Shown: positions 15,029-32,345, numbered from the stretch's first letter. The stretch: 64,000 bases of DNA from the human T2T-CHM13v2.0 reference genome, Homo sapiens (GCF_009914755.1 NC_060926.1); one strand, 5' to 3'. The notes: generated by a model not told the origin, from the letters alone. Made by a program: numbers and translations.

Positions 15029-16002
15029 AACAATGCTGATTTTTAAAAGTAAAGAACAGCTCATTCAAATGTGTATCAGCTTGTCAGTTCGGATGAGGTT
15101 GCCTATGAGGTGAGATGTGAGGACAGAGAATCACTCCAGCAGTTCCCGGGGAGAACATACTGACACAGCGAAGGGTTCAGGAGCCGCAGGTTCGTACTCA
15201 TTCTTTGGCTGGGGTGTGGGAATATTAAAAAGAAATTGAATACTTGCAGTTAGCACTGTAGCTACTAGTTCAGTTATGTGGTTTATCCCTGGGTGATTTG
15301 GCAATGACTATTAAAGTCAATCGGAGCGGAATCAAATAGTCGTGGGATTTTAATGTCTACCAAAAAATGAGAGTTAGCAAATTGGAACTGGAAAATCTGG
15401 ACGCATCCTTCACCGTCATCCCTTTTCATTTAATTGACGTTTTGCTCCTTCTCTTTTGTGATTTATGAAATGCATCAACAAACGTTTAATACATTTTAAA
15501 TAAGGCCTTTAAAATAGTATCAGAACTGCTTCTTTTTGTCTGTCTCCTGAACCCGTATTTCCCAGACATTGTCAGTGCTTTTGTGCTTGTGTTTTTGCCC
15601 GAGTGGGGTGCAGGGGCTGCCTCCGCTGCATTTGTCGGGGCCGGTGTCAGTTCTCAGCTGTAGCCAAGTGTTTGTCCTGGAAATCTCCAAATGAAAAGAG
15701 TCGGGGGTCACTCTGGGGTCACTCACATGTACCAGGAAGTGAAGCAAAACTAATCCAGATTTACTCCTGGAAGAATTTGTTTGCCTTAGTATTTAAAAAC
15801 AGATTAGGGCTAACCCGACACTAGATCACTAGGTGCAATGTAAACACGGGTAAAAGGTGTAAACAAGGCCTTTCCTCTGTACTTCGGAAGCAGAAATGTC
15901 ATGGGTAATGAGTTTTCTTTCTAGACTTTCGCGGAAGCCCTGAGTGATTTCTCCGTGTCATTTGTAACTGTGTACTCTGATTATTCCCCTGGAGAAACCT
16001 GA

Positions 16003-16478
<476 letters not shown>

Positions 16479-17361
16479 TAAAATTTCAAGAGCTACTTGT
16501 AAAATCTCACACTGTTCTTTGTAAATTTCTTGTCCCCCACCACCCTACCTTTTTTTTTCCCCTCTAGCGGTGCTGCAGAGTCTTGAGTTTTCAGTATCTG
16601 TCACGCTCTTTTTTGAGAAACCAGAAACCATCATCAGTAGCCACAAAGTACAGGAGCTGCTCACCTGGGGTCCTTCCTTTGGGTCAACATAAACATGCCT
16701 TACTGTTGGTTTCCTCTTCTATTTGTTAAGCTTCTCATCTCATCCTGTCCTCTCCTTCTTAGCCCTCCCCACAGATGTGTAGCAGGGTCCCCATCCTCTG
16801 TAGACCCCCCAGGAGGAGACCATGTATTACACTGGCCAGGTCGGGCAGCCCCATCTCAGCCAGGTTGTGATGCTGGGGCCGGGGCGGGCAGGCATCAGCA
16901 TCATCCGCTCTCCACACCTCCGACCCCATCCACCCCCTCCCCAGCTTTGTCCTCTCCTCTGCCTCTGGGCTCAGCTCTGGCTTCTGGGAGCTACCTGCCT
17001 GTTTCCCAGGCCCTGGAACAGTTTCCCCCAAAAAACTCAGCCATTCCTGACATTCTGTCCTTTCCACTTAAGCCTTCCCCAAGTATCTGGAGATTCCAAA
17101 AGCTGCATCTCCCTGCTAAACCTCCTCATTGGAGTCTCCACCCTCTCCTGCGTGAGTCTGTTGCCGTGTTTTCCTCAGCTGAAAGGGTTTGGAGACCCTG
17201 GGGAGTCCACACACACCCCCTATTTCGGAGTTTGAAGCTAAAAGCACATGGTCACCCCCAGGTGTGGGGAGCGCACCGGCTGTCCCTTCCCCCCACCCCC
17301 GGCCCAGCTCCAGCCAAGTGTCCTATAGCCCTCACTTACAGTCCTGCTTACAGTAAAGCAA

Positions 17362-17441
17362 CTCTCGGCCCCAGAGACCATGCTTCCATCGTGCGGTCCG
17401 TGCTCTCGGCCCCGGAGACCGTGCTTCCATCGTGCTGGTCC
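17362..17441. repeat. Tandem duplication, 41-bp unit x2
   Basis: ctctcggccccagagaccatgcttccatcgtgcggtcc at 17362 and ctctcggccccggagaccgtgcttccatcgtgctggtcc at 17403. Confidence 0.9.
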
Positions 17442-17596
17442 CAGGCAGTAGGGTGGTTTCCCCTGTGCATCGGTGTGTGAGAGCCACTGATCCAAGGCCA
17501 TGGCCTTGAGCCCTCACTTGGTAGTTTTCTTTCCAAGGACAGCTTCTACACTAAAAGTGACAGAAGCAGCACCAAGGCAGTGTATGAGCCTGAGAT

Positions 17597-18302
<706 letters not shown>

Positions 18303-18604
18303 TGAAGAGCAGAGGGCCTTACGGAGAGACAGCCGGTCCTCCTTGTACAGTACTTGCTAGAGTTTCTGAAAATTGCAACTTTGTGATTGCCCCTTATCAA
18401 GCAGGGTTGGTGCTATCCCTCTTTTTTCATTTCCATCATCTTCTGGAGAGAAGGCGGTGTATTAACGGGATGGCTTGTAGGGTTTCCCCATTTCCAAACC
18501 TTTGGTGTTTTTATTCACTTAACACAGAAATACTGGACCCTAAACTTTGAGGTCTGATGTGGCAGGAGTTTGTCAAAGGACTTCTTTCGAACCATTCTGA
18601 TTAA

Positions 18605-19312
<708 letters not shown>

Positions 19313-19439
19313 TTGATCTGACTTTTTTGATGGGTGCAGTTGGTGAATGAGTGAGATATAGACACTACACCAAAATCACACAGATACTCCCTTTTGCTCA
19401 TGAGTCATACATGTGATGTAATGCACATTAAATAAGAGT

Positions 19440-20120
<681 letters not shown>

Positions 20121-20393
20121 AAATTACAGGCCATCTTTGCTTCTCCAATTGAGCAAAAATTCCTTTGATGGCGCTGGTTCCATGCTGTTGAGTGGCCTCA
20201 GACTCCCACACATTGTGAGTTGGCAGAAGTGGAAGTGAATTCACTCTTTTTCATGAGCAAAAAGCTTAAAAACGTTGTGTACTTTAACCTCATATTTTCC
20301 CCCTTCTGATCATCACTCTAATAATCAATCACAGATCCTAAGAAAGATTCTATGTGAGGACATACATCCGGGCACTGTTTCTTCCAGTGACAA

Positions 20394-21053
<660 letters not shown>

Positions 21054-21565
21054 TTGTGTTGTGCTTCTGAGTAATTTTTAATGATGTAAGAAAATGATCA
21101 CAGTATAGTAATCAATAAAAAATGAAAAAAATACAAATTATTTGTACAGTCTTATCTCAATTATGTACATATACATGTAGATTCAAAGAAAACTCATTGA
21201 AAGGAAATACACTAATTCACAAAGGTTATCTCTAAGTAGTAAGATTATGGGTGATTTTTTTTCTTCTTGAGCTGTTATGTGTTATTTATGTATTTCCTAC
21301 AATGAAAATTCTGAGATCAAAACAATGATTTTCTTTGTGCAATTGGAAAGTCAAAATAGAAACAGCAAAACTAAAGTTATCTTTGATTCCTTAATGTTGC
21401 ACAAAGGAGGGGCTTTCAGTTGGAAAAAAAAAGACATGTTCTTTCCTTAAAAGAATCCGCTGGCCACGGGTGCAGGCTGTGCCACCAGCACTGGATGGTC
21501 CTGGCACCCCAGCCAGTTGTGTAGCTGGCCCCGCTGTCCAAGCACAAGCCACATGCAAGGGCTGA

Positions 21566-21841
<276 letters not shown>

Positions 21842-22949
21842 GGAACAGCCGTGCCCGCCTGCTCGCCGCACCTGGGACGCGGCAGCCTCGCCGCATTCTC
21901 GCTCAGAAGTCGCAGCACGTGAGTCCCGTCGCATCCCCTCCCTCTTCCTGGTGGCCACCTCCCTCCCGCCCACCCACTCTCACCCCAAACAAAATCACAA
22001 AACCTGGACATCCTCAAGGGGCGAAGAGGCGGCCGGGAGACTGCAGAAGTGGCTCCTTTTCATAAACTCCCCTAAACCACACACAGGAGAGAGCGACGGG
22101 CCTCGGCCCTTTGATGATAGCACATGGCGCAGGACCCTTGTCCTGGGGGCTCAAGGGATGGGGACGCGAGGGGGAGGGGAGGCGAGGAACAAGGAGAAGG
22201 GGCAACTTTCCTTAACTGGCAGTTGAGCACATAGTACATTTCCCCTCTACCAAACGGAACACTTGGATTCCATCTCTTCTCTGAGGAGCTCGACGGCATA
22301 AATCAGAAGCAAGCACAGAGTTTGTCAGGTTTGAAGCCCCTATGATGGTGTGTGTCAAATCAGTTGTAGCTAATCTGTCCAGGGAGAATACTGGCTTCAT
22401 TACACTTGTACAGCCGAGTTCTTCCCGCATTACTGCTGTTTAATAGAACGTGATTAGTCATCGCCGAGAAGAAAGCATATTAGCCGAGGAGGTAGTCACG
22501 CGGCACGCGCCGGTGATTGCCACGATGTGATTGCAATACTCTTAGAAGCACCATATTATCCCAGACATGTTCTTTCAAGCCCTTGGAGCCCTCTCTAAAT
22601 TCACTGTCATCATTTAGTATCTGTTTAATTTTTCAGTCCAAAGAGAGGAAATCAGTCGCTGAGTATTATTTGACTCCGGTCTCCTTGGTGCAAAAACAAA
22701 ATGGGAAAAATAAATAAGAATAACTCAGAAACTCAAAAGGAAACCACAAATTCAGCTAATAATAGCATTTCGAGTATATTTCGTAAACTAAGGAAATACA
22801 CAAAAGGCTGTTTTTTCCGACTGTAAGAGATATTTGATGTCCTTTTGCCGAGGTGGATGTGTTAGTCTCAGGCCCTCCTGGACCACGTTGCCCAAGTCAC
22901 ACAGGCTTCTGTGTTATGTATTTAGATAAGATGTGTGAAAATATATTTG

Positions 22950-22990
22950 AATAAAAGAAGTTCATAAATATGCATTGATTTTTGTACAGA
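22950..22990 (+). terminator. Candidate proximal polyadenylation signal of AGAP1
   Basis: AATAAA at 22950-22955 in an AU-rich context with upstream TGTA and downstream U-rich gatttttgta. Other AATAAA at 22709 and 23783. Confidence 0.5.
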
Positions 22991-25539
22991 CAAATGGCAC
23001 CTCTCTTAATTTATAAATTGAACTGGATGTGAACTAATAATGTGCAACTAGTTGAGATAAGAGGGTTACAGATCATTGTACATGGAAAATATTCCCAGCA
23101 GTAAACACTTCCATTAATGTGATCTACGGCTTTTAAAAAGGAGCATCTCAGAATAAGATGGTGGTACAATTTGCTTATTAAAATTGAGAAAGAAAAAAAA
23201 AGACACACTGGAGTATATTAGAAAGGAAAAAGAAGGAATGTGGTCTCTCATGATTGAAAGCATGATTTAGATCGGATACGGCTTTTGCTAACCAAGGACC
23301 AAGGGACTCTGGCAAGATGGGGTGGTTTTCCGAATGCCAGACCGAGGTGCCTTACGAAGGCAGCTGCCAATGGTTCTGTGGCACAGACTGGCTCCTGAGA
23401 ACCCAGACGACCTTGACCTGGCAGCCCGGCCCTCCACGCTAGTACCTCGCCTGATTTTCCATCGTTGCGGTATCCAGCCGCTTCAGACGTCCGCCGCCTT
23501 CAGTGGTGGTAGTCAAATGTAGTCAACCAAACCACAGCATCCCTTAGGTTAAAAGCAAACGGGGCAGCTTTGCCTAGAGCTCATTGACAGTGTGATGGGG
23601 GGAGAAGGGTTGTCACAATGGAAGATGAGGACACTAGACTCATGTAGCACAGAAACATGAAGCCACACGCACCGGCAGCCTCCGGGGTGTTCCTCGCTCT
23701 CTCGTATGTTAAACCTTATATTTTATAAGAGTTTTTCCTCTTATTTCACTTTTTAAAAAAAATTAAAGTAGGTGGGGAAAAAAATAAAGCTTTACACAGA
23801 ATTTATATGTGGGTAAGTGTTTCATGGAAATTTCTAATCTTAACGAAGCTAAGTGGAGCTCACTCGTATCCAAAAGTATAACAGGTGCAGAAGCCACAAG
23901 TCTGAGAACCTTGACGACAGTTCCATCGTCCTGCCATTTGATTTTTCAGTCTGCGTTTCATCACTGTGTAGCTATTGTAAATGTGAATAGAAAAAAACAG
24001 GTCATTGCCTATTTTTGAAGAACGCGTTGGTGTTCGAGTCCACTAGACACACTCGCTCCACACAGCCTTCACCGTAGACTCTGTAGTGGACACAGATATA
24101 GCATAAATGAAATTGTTAAATTATTTCATTGTAGTTAATTCCCACTATAGGAATGCTTTATCATAGTGAAGTTTCTTTTGAGAAGAAACGGAACTCCTTG
24201 AGGCTTCTCTTTGGGATGTATATGAGCGTGTACATATTATTCTATGTGTTTATAATATAATATTTTCCCAAATGACTTCTTGTTTCACTTTGCCTTCCAC
24301 AACCTGAATGCCAGATTGGTTTTTTCCCTTCCTGGCCCCCAGCACAAGCTGCCATGACTCCCCCTCAGAAAACACAGCCCCTCCTCTACCATTCTCAGTG
24401 ATGTCCATCTGCTCCACTCCGCAGCCACTTTCTAGGGCCCAAGTTTTGGTAGCAGAAGGAAAGGCAGTTTTTGAGGGTCTTTCGAAAAAAAGAAGACGGG
24501 GCAGCTTTGCCCAGAGCTCGTTGGCAGTCTGTTTGTATTTCAGTGTCTAACCAGAAGTCCTTTCTTTGCGGACCGCACTCTCGTTCCCACTTTCAAGCTA
24601 ATTACCACCAAGGCTGGGAGAGGCAAGGACTGGGGGCGGAGCTAGGAATAACTCGTTTGAGAAGGGGGTGGAGTTTTCGTTGTTCATTTCCATGTTCAGT
24701 TCTGTGACGTGACGATGACAGATCACCACTGCAGGATCCCCCTCACCTTTCCTGTTCAGAATTAAAACTCTCCCTTGATGAGAAACAGCCAGCTGAGGGA
24801 GGCCCACGAGCGGCCTGTGTAACCCCATGGGTGATCTGGACACATCTGCACCCCCGCGTTCAGCTTCGCGGAGACTGAACTTGGCGGGGAGTGGAGGGGT
24901 GTGGTGCAGACCTGGCTGCAGCAGAAACACCCCGCAGGGACAGTACTCTGTGATTCTGACCTCAGGTGCTGGGACGGGCAGATGGTTTGCCCCGCCCAGC
25001 ACCCCAGTCCTGGTCCCTGGTCCCTCTCTCTGTTTCATCCCAGGAAATGAGCAGCTCGAGGGTGAGCAAGTGACAAGTTCCTGAGTCACTGGCCCCAAAA
25101 CCAGGTGCAGTGTCCTGTCTCCCAAGTGTGTGCACAATGTATATATGCACTGGAAAGGAGGGAGAAGGCAGCGGGTCACTCGCCAATCGCAGGGTTCTCA
25201 GACACAGGAGAGAGCGGGATCTTAATGAATTGCATTTCCTGCAGAGCCTCTAGTGCACAGGCCAGTTCTCGGCAGTGGCTTTTCAGCACAAGGGCCTTGC
25301 ATTGAAGCTCCCTCTTCTGAGATTTCGCCCAGCCTGATGAGGCCTGCATGGTTCCGGCCTCGTCATCCAGTGTAGATACCAGTCTTCCTATTTTTGTGAC
25401 ATCTGCACATTTGGGGTCATTCCCTATATCTGCATAGGAGCTATTGCTAACCTTGTTAGGGAGAAACATGGTCTAATGAGAAAGACAGACCCCTAGGCTC
25501 AGCTGGCCCTGCCATCCTTCCAGAGGATTCCTCTGCAAC

Positions 25540-25680
25540 TCTAGGCAAGCACCCAGCTTCCTGGGCTCTTTTTCCTCATCTGTGAAACTTGCAGGGTGCA
25601 GTGAGGTTTCAAACCAGTGTGATAAGTGTTGGCCTCACACCTGGCCCAGGGGATGCTGGGAGAGCAGGAGCACTTGTTAA
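25540..25680 (+). mobile_element. Degenerate MIR fragment in the AGAP1 3' UTR
   Basis: ttttcctcatctgtgaaa core and cacacctggccca 3' remnant. Confidence 0.5.
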
Positions 25681-28600
25681 TAACAGAAACACTGATGGGA
25701 CCGAAGCCAGTGCACACAGCAGGAAACCTGCCCGTGGCTGACACTGTCCTCCAGCCTGCATTCTGGGGAGGCTGTGATGGGCACGTTTGCCAACCCCCCC
25801 CCCCAGTAGAGCCCAGGACCCTCCTCTCTCAGCTTGCCAGTGCCCTGCCCTCCACATGGCGGGGAACAGCATCAATGAGGTCCTTGCTCCCTGAGAGCCT
25901 CTCTGGAACCTGCCCACTTTTCTCAACATGTATATTCTGCTTTGTAGTCTGAGGTTGATTTTCTAGAGGCGAGGAAGGGGCTGAGTTCTGCCCTCGTGCT
26001 GTTCGCTGGTGCTGATCAGGGCCAAGACGACCCTTCCCTCTCCCCCACAGCCTGTTGAGGTGCCGTTGACGTGGACAGCGCCCCTCCCTTAAGATGCCCC
26101 CTTGCCGTTGCCATGAGCCGCTGTGACTCACGCGTGCACTGGGCCTTGCTTGGTGCTCCCCTCCTCCTCCTGTCTGAGATCGGAGCTTGCTGGAGAGCAC
26201 CCCAGGTCGCCGTGCTTGGCTGCAGGCCCGTCCCTCTCTCCCCATCCTCGGGTTCCCAGCGTGTTTTGTGCTTGAACTTGGTGGACTCATCTTACCCCAC
26301 AAGAGTGGCCTGCTCAACCTGCAGCCTCCAATGTGCCGTAGGCGCTCCAGGTCCCCGTGGCGCCCAGGACACCAACTCTCCCTCCCTGCACTTAGGATGT
26401 TCTGGAAATGAGGGGAAATCCACATTCCTGCCCCAGGAGGTGGGAAGCCTGGCAACGATGTAGCTTCCCCTGAGATGCGGTATGATCAGGCCTCAGCAAC
26501 TACTCAGGAGGCAAAGGTGTTTGGAAAGCAAACCCCAAACCTCCCGGCACGGCATGTGCTCTGCTTCCGTCCCTCACCGCCTGCACAAGGTCGTTGAGAC
26601 TTTTCTAGAACTCCCCGGGGTTGTATTTATGGCCTTCAAGCAAACAAATTGAAAAGCAGTCAAGGAGGAGTTCAGATAGAAAAGTGCTGGAGATACACAT
26701 CTTTCCTTCAAAGGAAATGTAATTTATTTCCAACCGCTGCCTCAGACGGGGGTTTCACATGTTGTGAAGTCACATCTTGAATGACTGTCACCCTCATCCT
26801 TCCCCAAAAAGCTAAATAAGGGCCTTTGGCATCAATGCGTGCATTCTCCACCTTTCCGCGGCTTGCGCTTGGATTTCTGAGTGGCTTTCTTCAGGGAGCC
26901 CTTGTGGTCATGTGTCTTTAATGCTGCTCCCCATGCCCCCAGGCCAGGCCAGCACGCTCAGGTGATAGCGAGTGGGGCCAGGAGACCCCCCTGCCCTGCC
27001 CAGTGGACAGATCTGCCCCAGCCCTGCTGTGGGGACGGGCCCTCTATCATTTAACCACATACATTAGGTTGCTTTTCAGCAAAATGTCAGCTTTCCTCCC
27101 ATTATGCAGGAGAGAGAAGGGGCGCAGGTGTATCTCCTTAGAGTACACCTTGGAGCTGGATCACTAAGAAACAGTCCTCAGACTGGTCCTTCCGACACAG
27201 GCAGAGAGTGAACTGGATCGCTGGCCCCTGGGATGCTGCGCTGTCTGTGATTAGAGAGAAGTGGCCAGTGTCCCGTCTGTGATTAGACAGAAACCCCTGT
27301 GGCAGACTCCTCCCCTCTCCATGAAGAAAGAAATATTTACTTAGATATTACTGTTTCAAAACACAAACTTTATTCCCCTTAGAGAAGAAATACTGCCCTT
27401 AAATAGACTGTTGAAATATTAATGGCCCCCCCATTTAATCAGTGTGTCTGCGGCTTTCTTCGCGTCACATGTCCGCATTGGCAGGTGATTCTGGAAAGGG
27501 ATTCTGGGAAACCAACAAGTCTTTTTTAAATCTTTGAGTTGTATGAGAAAGTATTTAAGTTCACCAGTGTAGTAAACACCCACCCCAGAGCAGCGGTAAG
27601 CAAACCTAAATCTGAAAACCCATTCTTACTGTCTTTCACCATGAGATGCTGGTTTTGGTGTAAAATGACAGCACTTGGTTTGGGGTTTTGCACCTGTTGG
27701 GTAGAACTGTTCTTGTCTGAGGTCCTCACCCTCTACAGATGGGCCTCAGGGCCTGGAGGTGGGCAGATGGGGCCAGAGTGGCCAGCAGAGACTTGCATGG
27801 GCTCTGAAAGCCCCAGAGCTCAGGCCTAAGGCTGCTAGGTGAGACCAGCAGGCAGCTGTGGCATCCGACCTTGGGACGCCCAAGCTGGGCAGCCGCTCCA
27901 TGTGCCCCAAACAGGATATCCTCATGAATGTGAGGAGAGGCTGGCTCAGGGCTTGGTTTTCATTTTGGCCTGGCACAGGGTACCTGTAGGGAGCACTCCC
28001 CCAACCTGAGGATGGTGAAACCATATGATAGAGACTCCTTGTCGAAGTCCACATCGGACTGATCTAGAATGCCCCGTGGGGGGATTGCATGGCCTTTGCC
28101 TTGAGATGCAGGTGAAAGAAAGGAACCAAACAAGGCATGAGTGTGTTGGGGAATCTTCCCAGTGGAGCAAACCCCCTTAACACACCAGCTGTTGGGAACA
28201 GCTGCCCCTAAATCCAATTAAACCCTCATCTCCCTGGTGCTGAACAGTCTACACTGGCCCAGGAAGCTAACGTCTGAGCCGCTTGGAGAGCTTTGGTAAA
28301 CAGAAGACACTGGAAGCCCACTCGGTCAGCAGCTGGGCATGAGGATGTCAGGGGCCTTTGGACTTGAGGAAGGACAGTCCAGGTGCATGGAATCCTAATG
28401 GGCCTCATGCAGACACTGGAAGCAGCCCAGCCCCCTGCCCAATACCACAGCCCTGGGGTGTCCCCTGACATTCCTGGAGGTCCCTGGGCAAATGCATTTC
28501 CTGCCTGGGTTCTCAGGGTAGGAGAACAGAGAAGGCTCCAAGGGTGTTGGGAGTGAGCCAGGGGCTGGTCTGGGGAGTGGGTCTCACGCACTGCTCAGGT

Positions 28601-29486
28601 TGGCACGAGGGACCTCCCCCATCCCAACCCAGCCCCAAGGGTCCCAGCAGGGCTCTCAGCATGGCTGTTTTGAGGGTACACAGGTGGCTGGAGAGGGGTG
28701 GGGCAGTTGCATGGTGGGTGGCAAAGTGTGCATTTAGAAGCTGCTTCGTGGCGTTAAGAACGGGGGGAGAGGGACCAGCACTGTAACGTTAGAAATAATT
28801 CCTTCTTGCAGACTTGAAAAGCATCAGTTTCCCTCCCACGGCTGGGTTTTTGTGTCTGAAATACATCTAATTCTCCAGACTGCAGCCCCTCTCAGCCCCG
28901 AGCACCTGAGCGCTGGGGAGGCCCTTATTGAGCTCAGCCTGGAGAGGGGAGGGTCGCACGGGTCCCGGGGGCAGGTCTCCTGCACTGGCTCTTCCCTTCT
29001 GCCAGCTTGGAATTTGGTTCTCATCTTGCCACAGGGGTGCGTTTCCTAAAGGGCAGCCGGAGCAGCTCAAAGGTGACAACTGAGATGCATTTCTAGGCAG
29101 GGGCAGGGAAGGCCAACCCACCTTGCAGCCAGTTTTCTGTTTCTGTAAATAGCAGTGTATAGAGATGGAAGGGCAGCGTGGGTGTATCCACAGATGGGTT
29201 TAGGTTTTTTTTTTGGATGTTTTCTATTACCTCATTCAGCAACTTTATGTTTCACAATGACTCAATGATGCTTTATTTATATTGTTTGTACTGTAATTAA
29301 AACCATTGACAGACATTTCACTTTGCTTGTTATTTCATATGATCTTGTTTTGATTAAATATGCCAGTTTGTATTTTCCTGCCTTGGGATTTTTTTGTGTC
29401 CGCTGTACAGTATTCTAAGGGAAAAAGAAAAAGAAAGATGTGTAAAGTAACAGAGAGAGGTGGCTATGGTGTAGAGACCTCTTTCT

Positions 29487-29560
29487 AATAAAGAAATGAA
29501 AATATGTCTACACCGCTTCCGTGGAGTTGTTGTTTTTTGTTTTTTGTTTTTTTTTTTTTT
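29487..29560 (+). terminator. Distal polyadenylation signal of AGAP1 with GU/U-rich downstream element
   Basis: AATAAA at 29487-29492; gtggagttgttgttttttgttttttgtttttttttt at 29521-29560; six TGTA (CFIm) motifs in 29287-29473. Confidence 0.8.
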
Positions 29561-29974
29561 GGTGGCGTTGGTCATTTGTCACAACTAATTGTGTTTCTAA
29601 GCCCAGGAAAGGTAAATCAGAGAGAAAAGGGGCTCTGTCTGCTGCGGGCAGGGATTGCCCCAGGCCCAGGCTGCCCCAGGCCCGAGGGACTCAGCACACG
29701 AGTTCACAGACGGAATGAAGAAAGAGACCAGGAGTGTCTCTTCTGACTTCTTCCTTTACAAGGACAGAAACTCCAAGAGAATGTTCTTTGCCCAGCCAGG
29801 GTTGACTGGGCCCAGAACTTCCAGATGCTTCTGTATCTTTGCACTGTGCCACACTGCCCCAGGTGTGTCGTAAGAACTATTCCCAGCAGGTGGCTAGCAG
29901 TAGAACCATCCCAGGACTCTATTATTAAGACCGTTATTATCATTAATATTACTGTAATTTTTGCCTACAAACTA

Positions 29975-30307
<333 letters not shown>

Positions 30308-30694
30308 TGCCACCACTAATTTTGGGAATGCCTTCCAGACAGTCTTCTCTGCAAATACAGGGGTGTCCTCTTCCCCCTACTCTTCCATTCAAGAAATAGA
30401 GAACCTCGTGATCTCATGACACATTAGTGACATTTTTTGTTGAAGTTTTCCCATGGTGTGGGAGCCCATAGTGCCACAAAATGCCTCGTGGACGGCCACA
30501 ACATGGAATGTGAGGCCACAGGCAGGGCAGCCCCTCACCCAGCACAGAGACCTGGTCACCTGCCGTCACAGGACACCCACAGGCCTCATGCACAAGGGTA
30601 CTGGGCTGACTTGTCTTCTAAGAAATGCGGAAGAAGAAAAAGCACAAGGAAAGGTGCTTTTAGGAGGAATCAATGCCATTTAAGTGCATATAGA

Positions 30695-30988
30695 TGGCCG
30701 AGCACGGTGGCTCACGCCTGTCATCTCAGTACTTTGGGAGGCCGAGGTGGGCGGATCACCTGAGACCGGAAGTTCCAGACCAGCCTAGGCAACATGCCAA
30801 AACCCCGTCTCTACTAAAAATACAAAAAATTAGCCAGGCGTGGTGGCGCATGCCTGTGGTCCCAGCTACTTGAGAGGCTGCGGTGGGAGGATTGCTTGAC
30901 GCAGGAGGTGGAGGTTTCAGTGAGCCGAGATCATGCCACTGCACTCCAACCTGGGTGACAGAGCGAGACCCTGTCTGAAAAAAAAAAA
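30695..30988 (+). mobile_element. Alu
   Basis: Full dimer; tgcatat repeated on both flanks. Confidence 0.94.
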
Positions 30989-31759
30989 TGCATATTGCTT
31001 ATCTGATGAATTTAATAACAGATTTACAAAACAGCAGCTTAAATAAATGAAGGGTTTCTTTTTCCTCCCAAAAGAAGAAGCCTGGAGAGAGGCAAGCCTG
31101 GGCTGGCCAACAGCTGCAGAGTCTGCTGGGCCCAGCCTCCTCCCGGCCGTCTGGTCAACCATGGCTCCCAGGTGCTTGTTACCTCTGGGCACCCCCGAGA
31201 GGGGCATCTCCAGCATCTGCATTCCAGTGAGAAGAAGAGAGAAGGTGAGAGAAGAGGCAGCTGAGTCGGTCCCTCTTAACCAGCTTCCCCAGAAGCCACC
31301 CTCATGCCTCCACTTACACACCACTGACCAGACTGGGCGGGGTCCCTCAGGGCTGCAAGGGATGCTGGGAAATGGGGGGAGGGGTGATGTGGAAGGATGG
31401 GGAGAGCAGGTTTTGAATAGGCGGCTCACGTCCCTGCCCAGCCACCTTGTTTCCCCACCATTCACACGCACCCTTCGGTCAGCACACAGAACACTCCCTC
31501 CCCAGGAGAGACCCGGGGGCCAGGCCGTGCCTGCCCTGCTGCTGCTCAGTGGCTCCTCCTCTGTCCATAGCATTGTCCACACCCAGCTTCCCTCCAGGGC
31601 TCTAAGTAAACCTCAGAGTATCTGTCACCCTCCTAGGAGGTGTCAGGGCCCCAGGAGTGGGAAACGGAATCACCTTCCCAGACCAAGGTACTTAAGCCAG
31701 GTGCTCTGGGAAGCTCTCAGGTCACAAAAGCAAGACTGAATGTTTAGATTTCATAGCCA

Positions 31760-32345
31760 AGACTTGTATTGTGATCACACGCAGTGCTGGCAAGGCCAAG
31801 GTGAGGCGAACCCAAACACGCTGCTGGTGGAAGCAGTGCCCCTGCAAAGCCATATGGAATTGTGCACAAAGACTCTGAAAAGCTTCCCTCATGACCCAGG
31901 AAGGCAGAACCTGGACCACACCTTCACCACGATAGAGGCTTAGTACGTGTTTATTGACCACATGAATGAATTCAATGCCCACGAATCTGGCCAGGGGATA
32001 ATGGGAATACTTTGACATGTGCCTAAAAATGTTCATGTCTATGGTATTTATAGTAACAATATTGGAAGCAAGGTCAAAGCCCAACAGGGAGAGAGTTAAA
32101 TAAATCATCGTGCATCTGTAAAGGGGAGGAAGATTTAGTCATTTCAAACTGTGTTTATCACATGGGGAAATAATATAAATAAAAAATTAGGATATAAAAA
32201 AAGTATTTACAGGAGTGATCTCTAATTAAAGATATTTTAATATCCAGGAAAAAATATACAAAATGTTAACAGTGCTGTCTTTCTCTGGGGAATCCTGGGT
32301 GGTTTTTATTTCTTTCTTTTACTTTACTGTTCCCATTTTCTCCAT
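31760..32345 (+). mobile_element. Old L1M (L1ME-like) 3' remnant
   Basis: Degenerate tgctggcaagg..gctgctggtggaa..aatgttcat..tttatagtaac..ttaaataaat pattern of the L1 ORF2 end and 3' UTR. Confidence 0.5.

Larger units (their letters stand above)
21842..29510 (+). other. AGAP1: AGAP1 long 3' UTR (longest isoform, ~7.7 kb)
   Basis: Follows the stop codon, is Alu-free, and ends at the strongest poly(A) signal architecture in the region. The end coordinate is inferred from the signal. Confidence 0.75.

Noticed and set aside
24038-24091. Inverted repeat gtccacta/tagtggac as a pre-miRNA hairpin
   Set aside because: Only ~8-11 bp of stem, too short for a Drosha substrate.
30917-31739. Overlapping 221/230-aa ORFs
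   Set aside because: No recognisable domain, low-complexity composition, one runs into an Alu, and no supporting gene structure.
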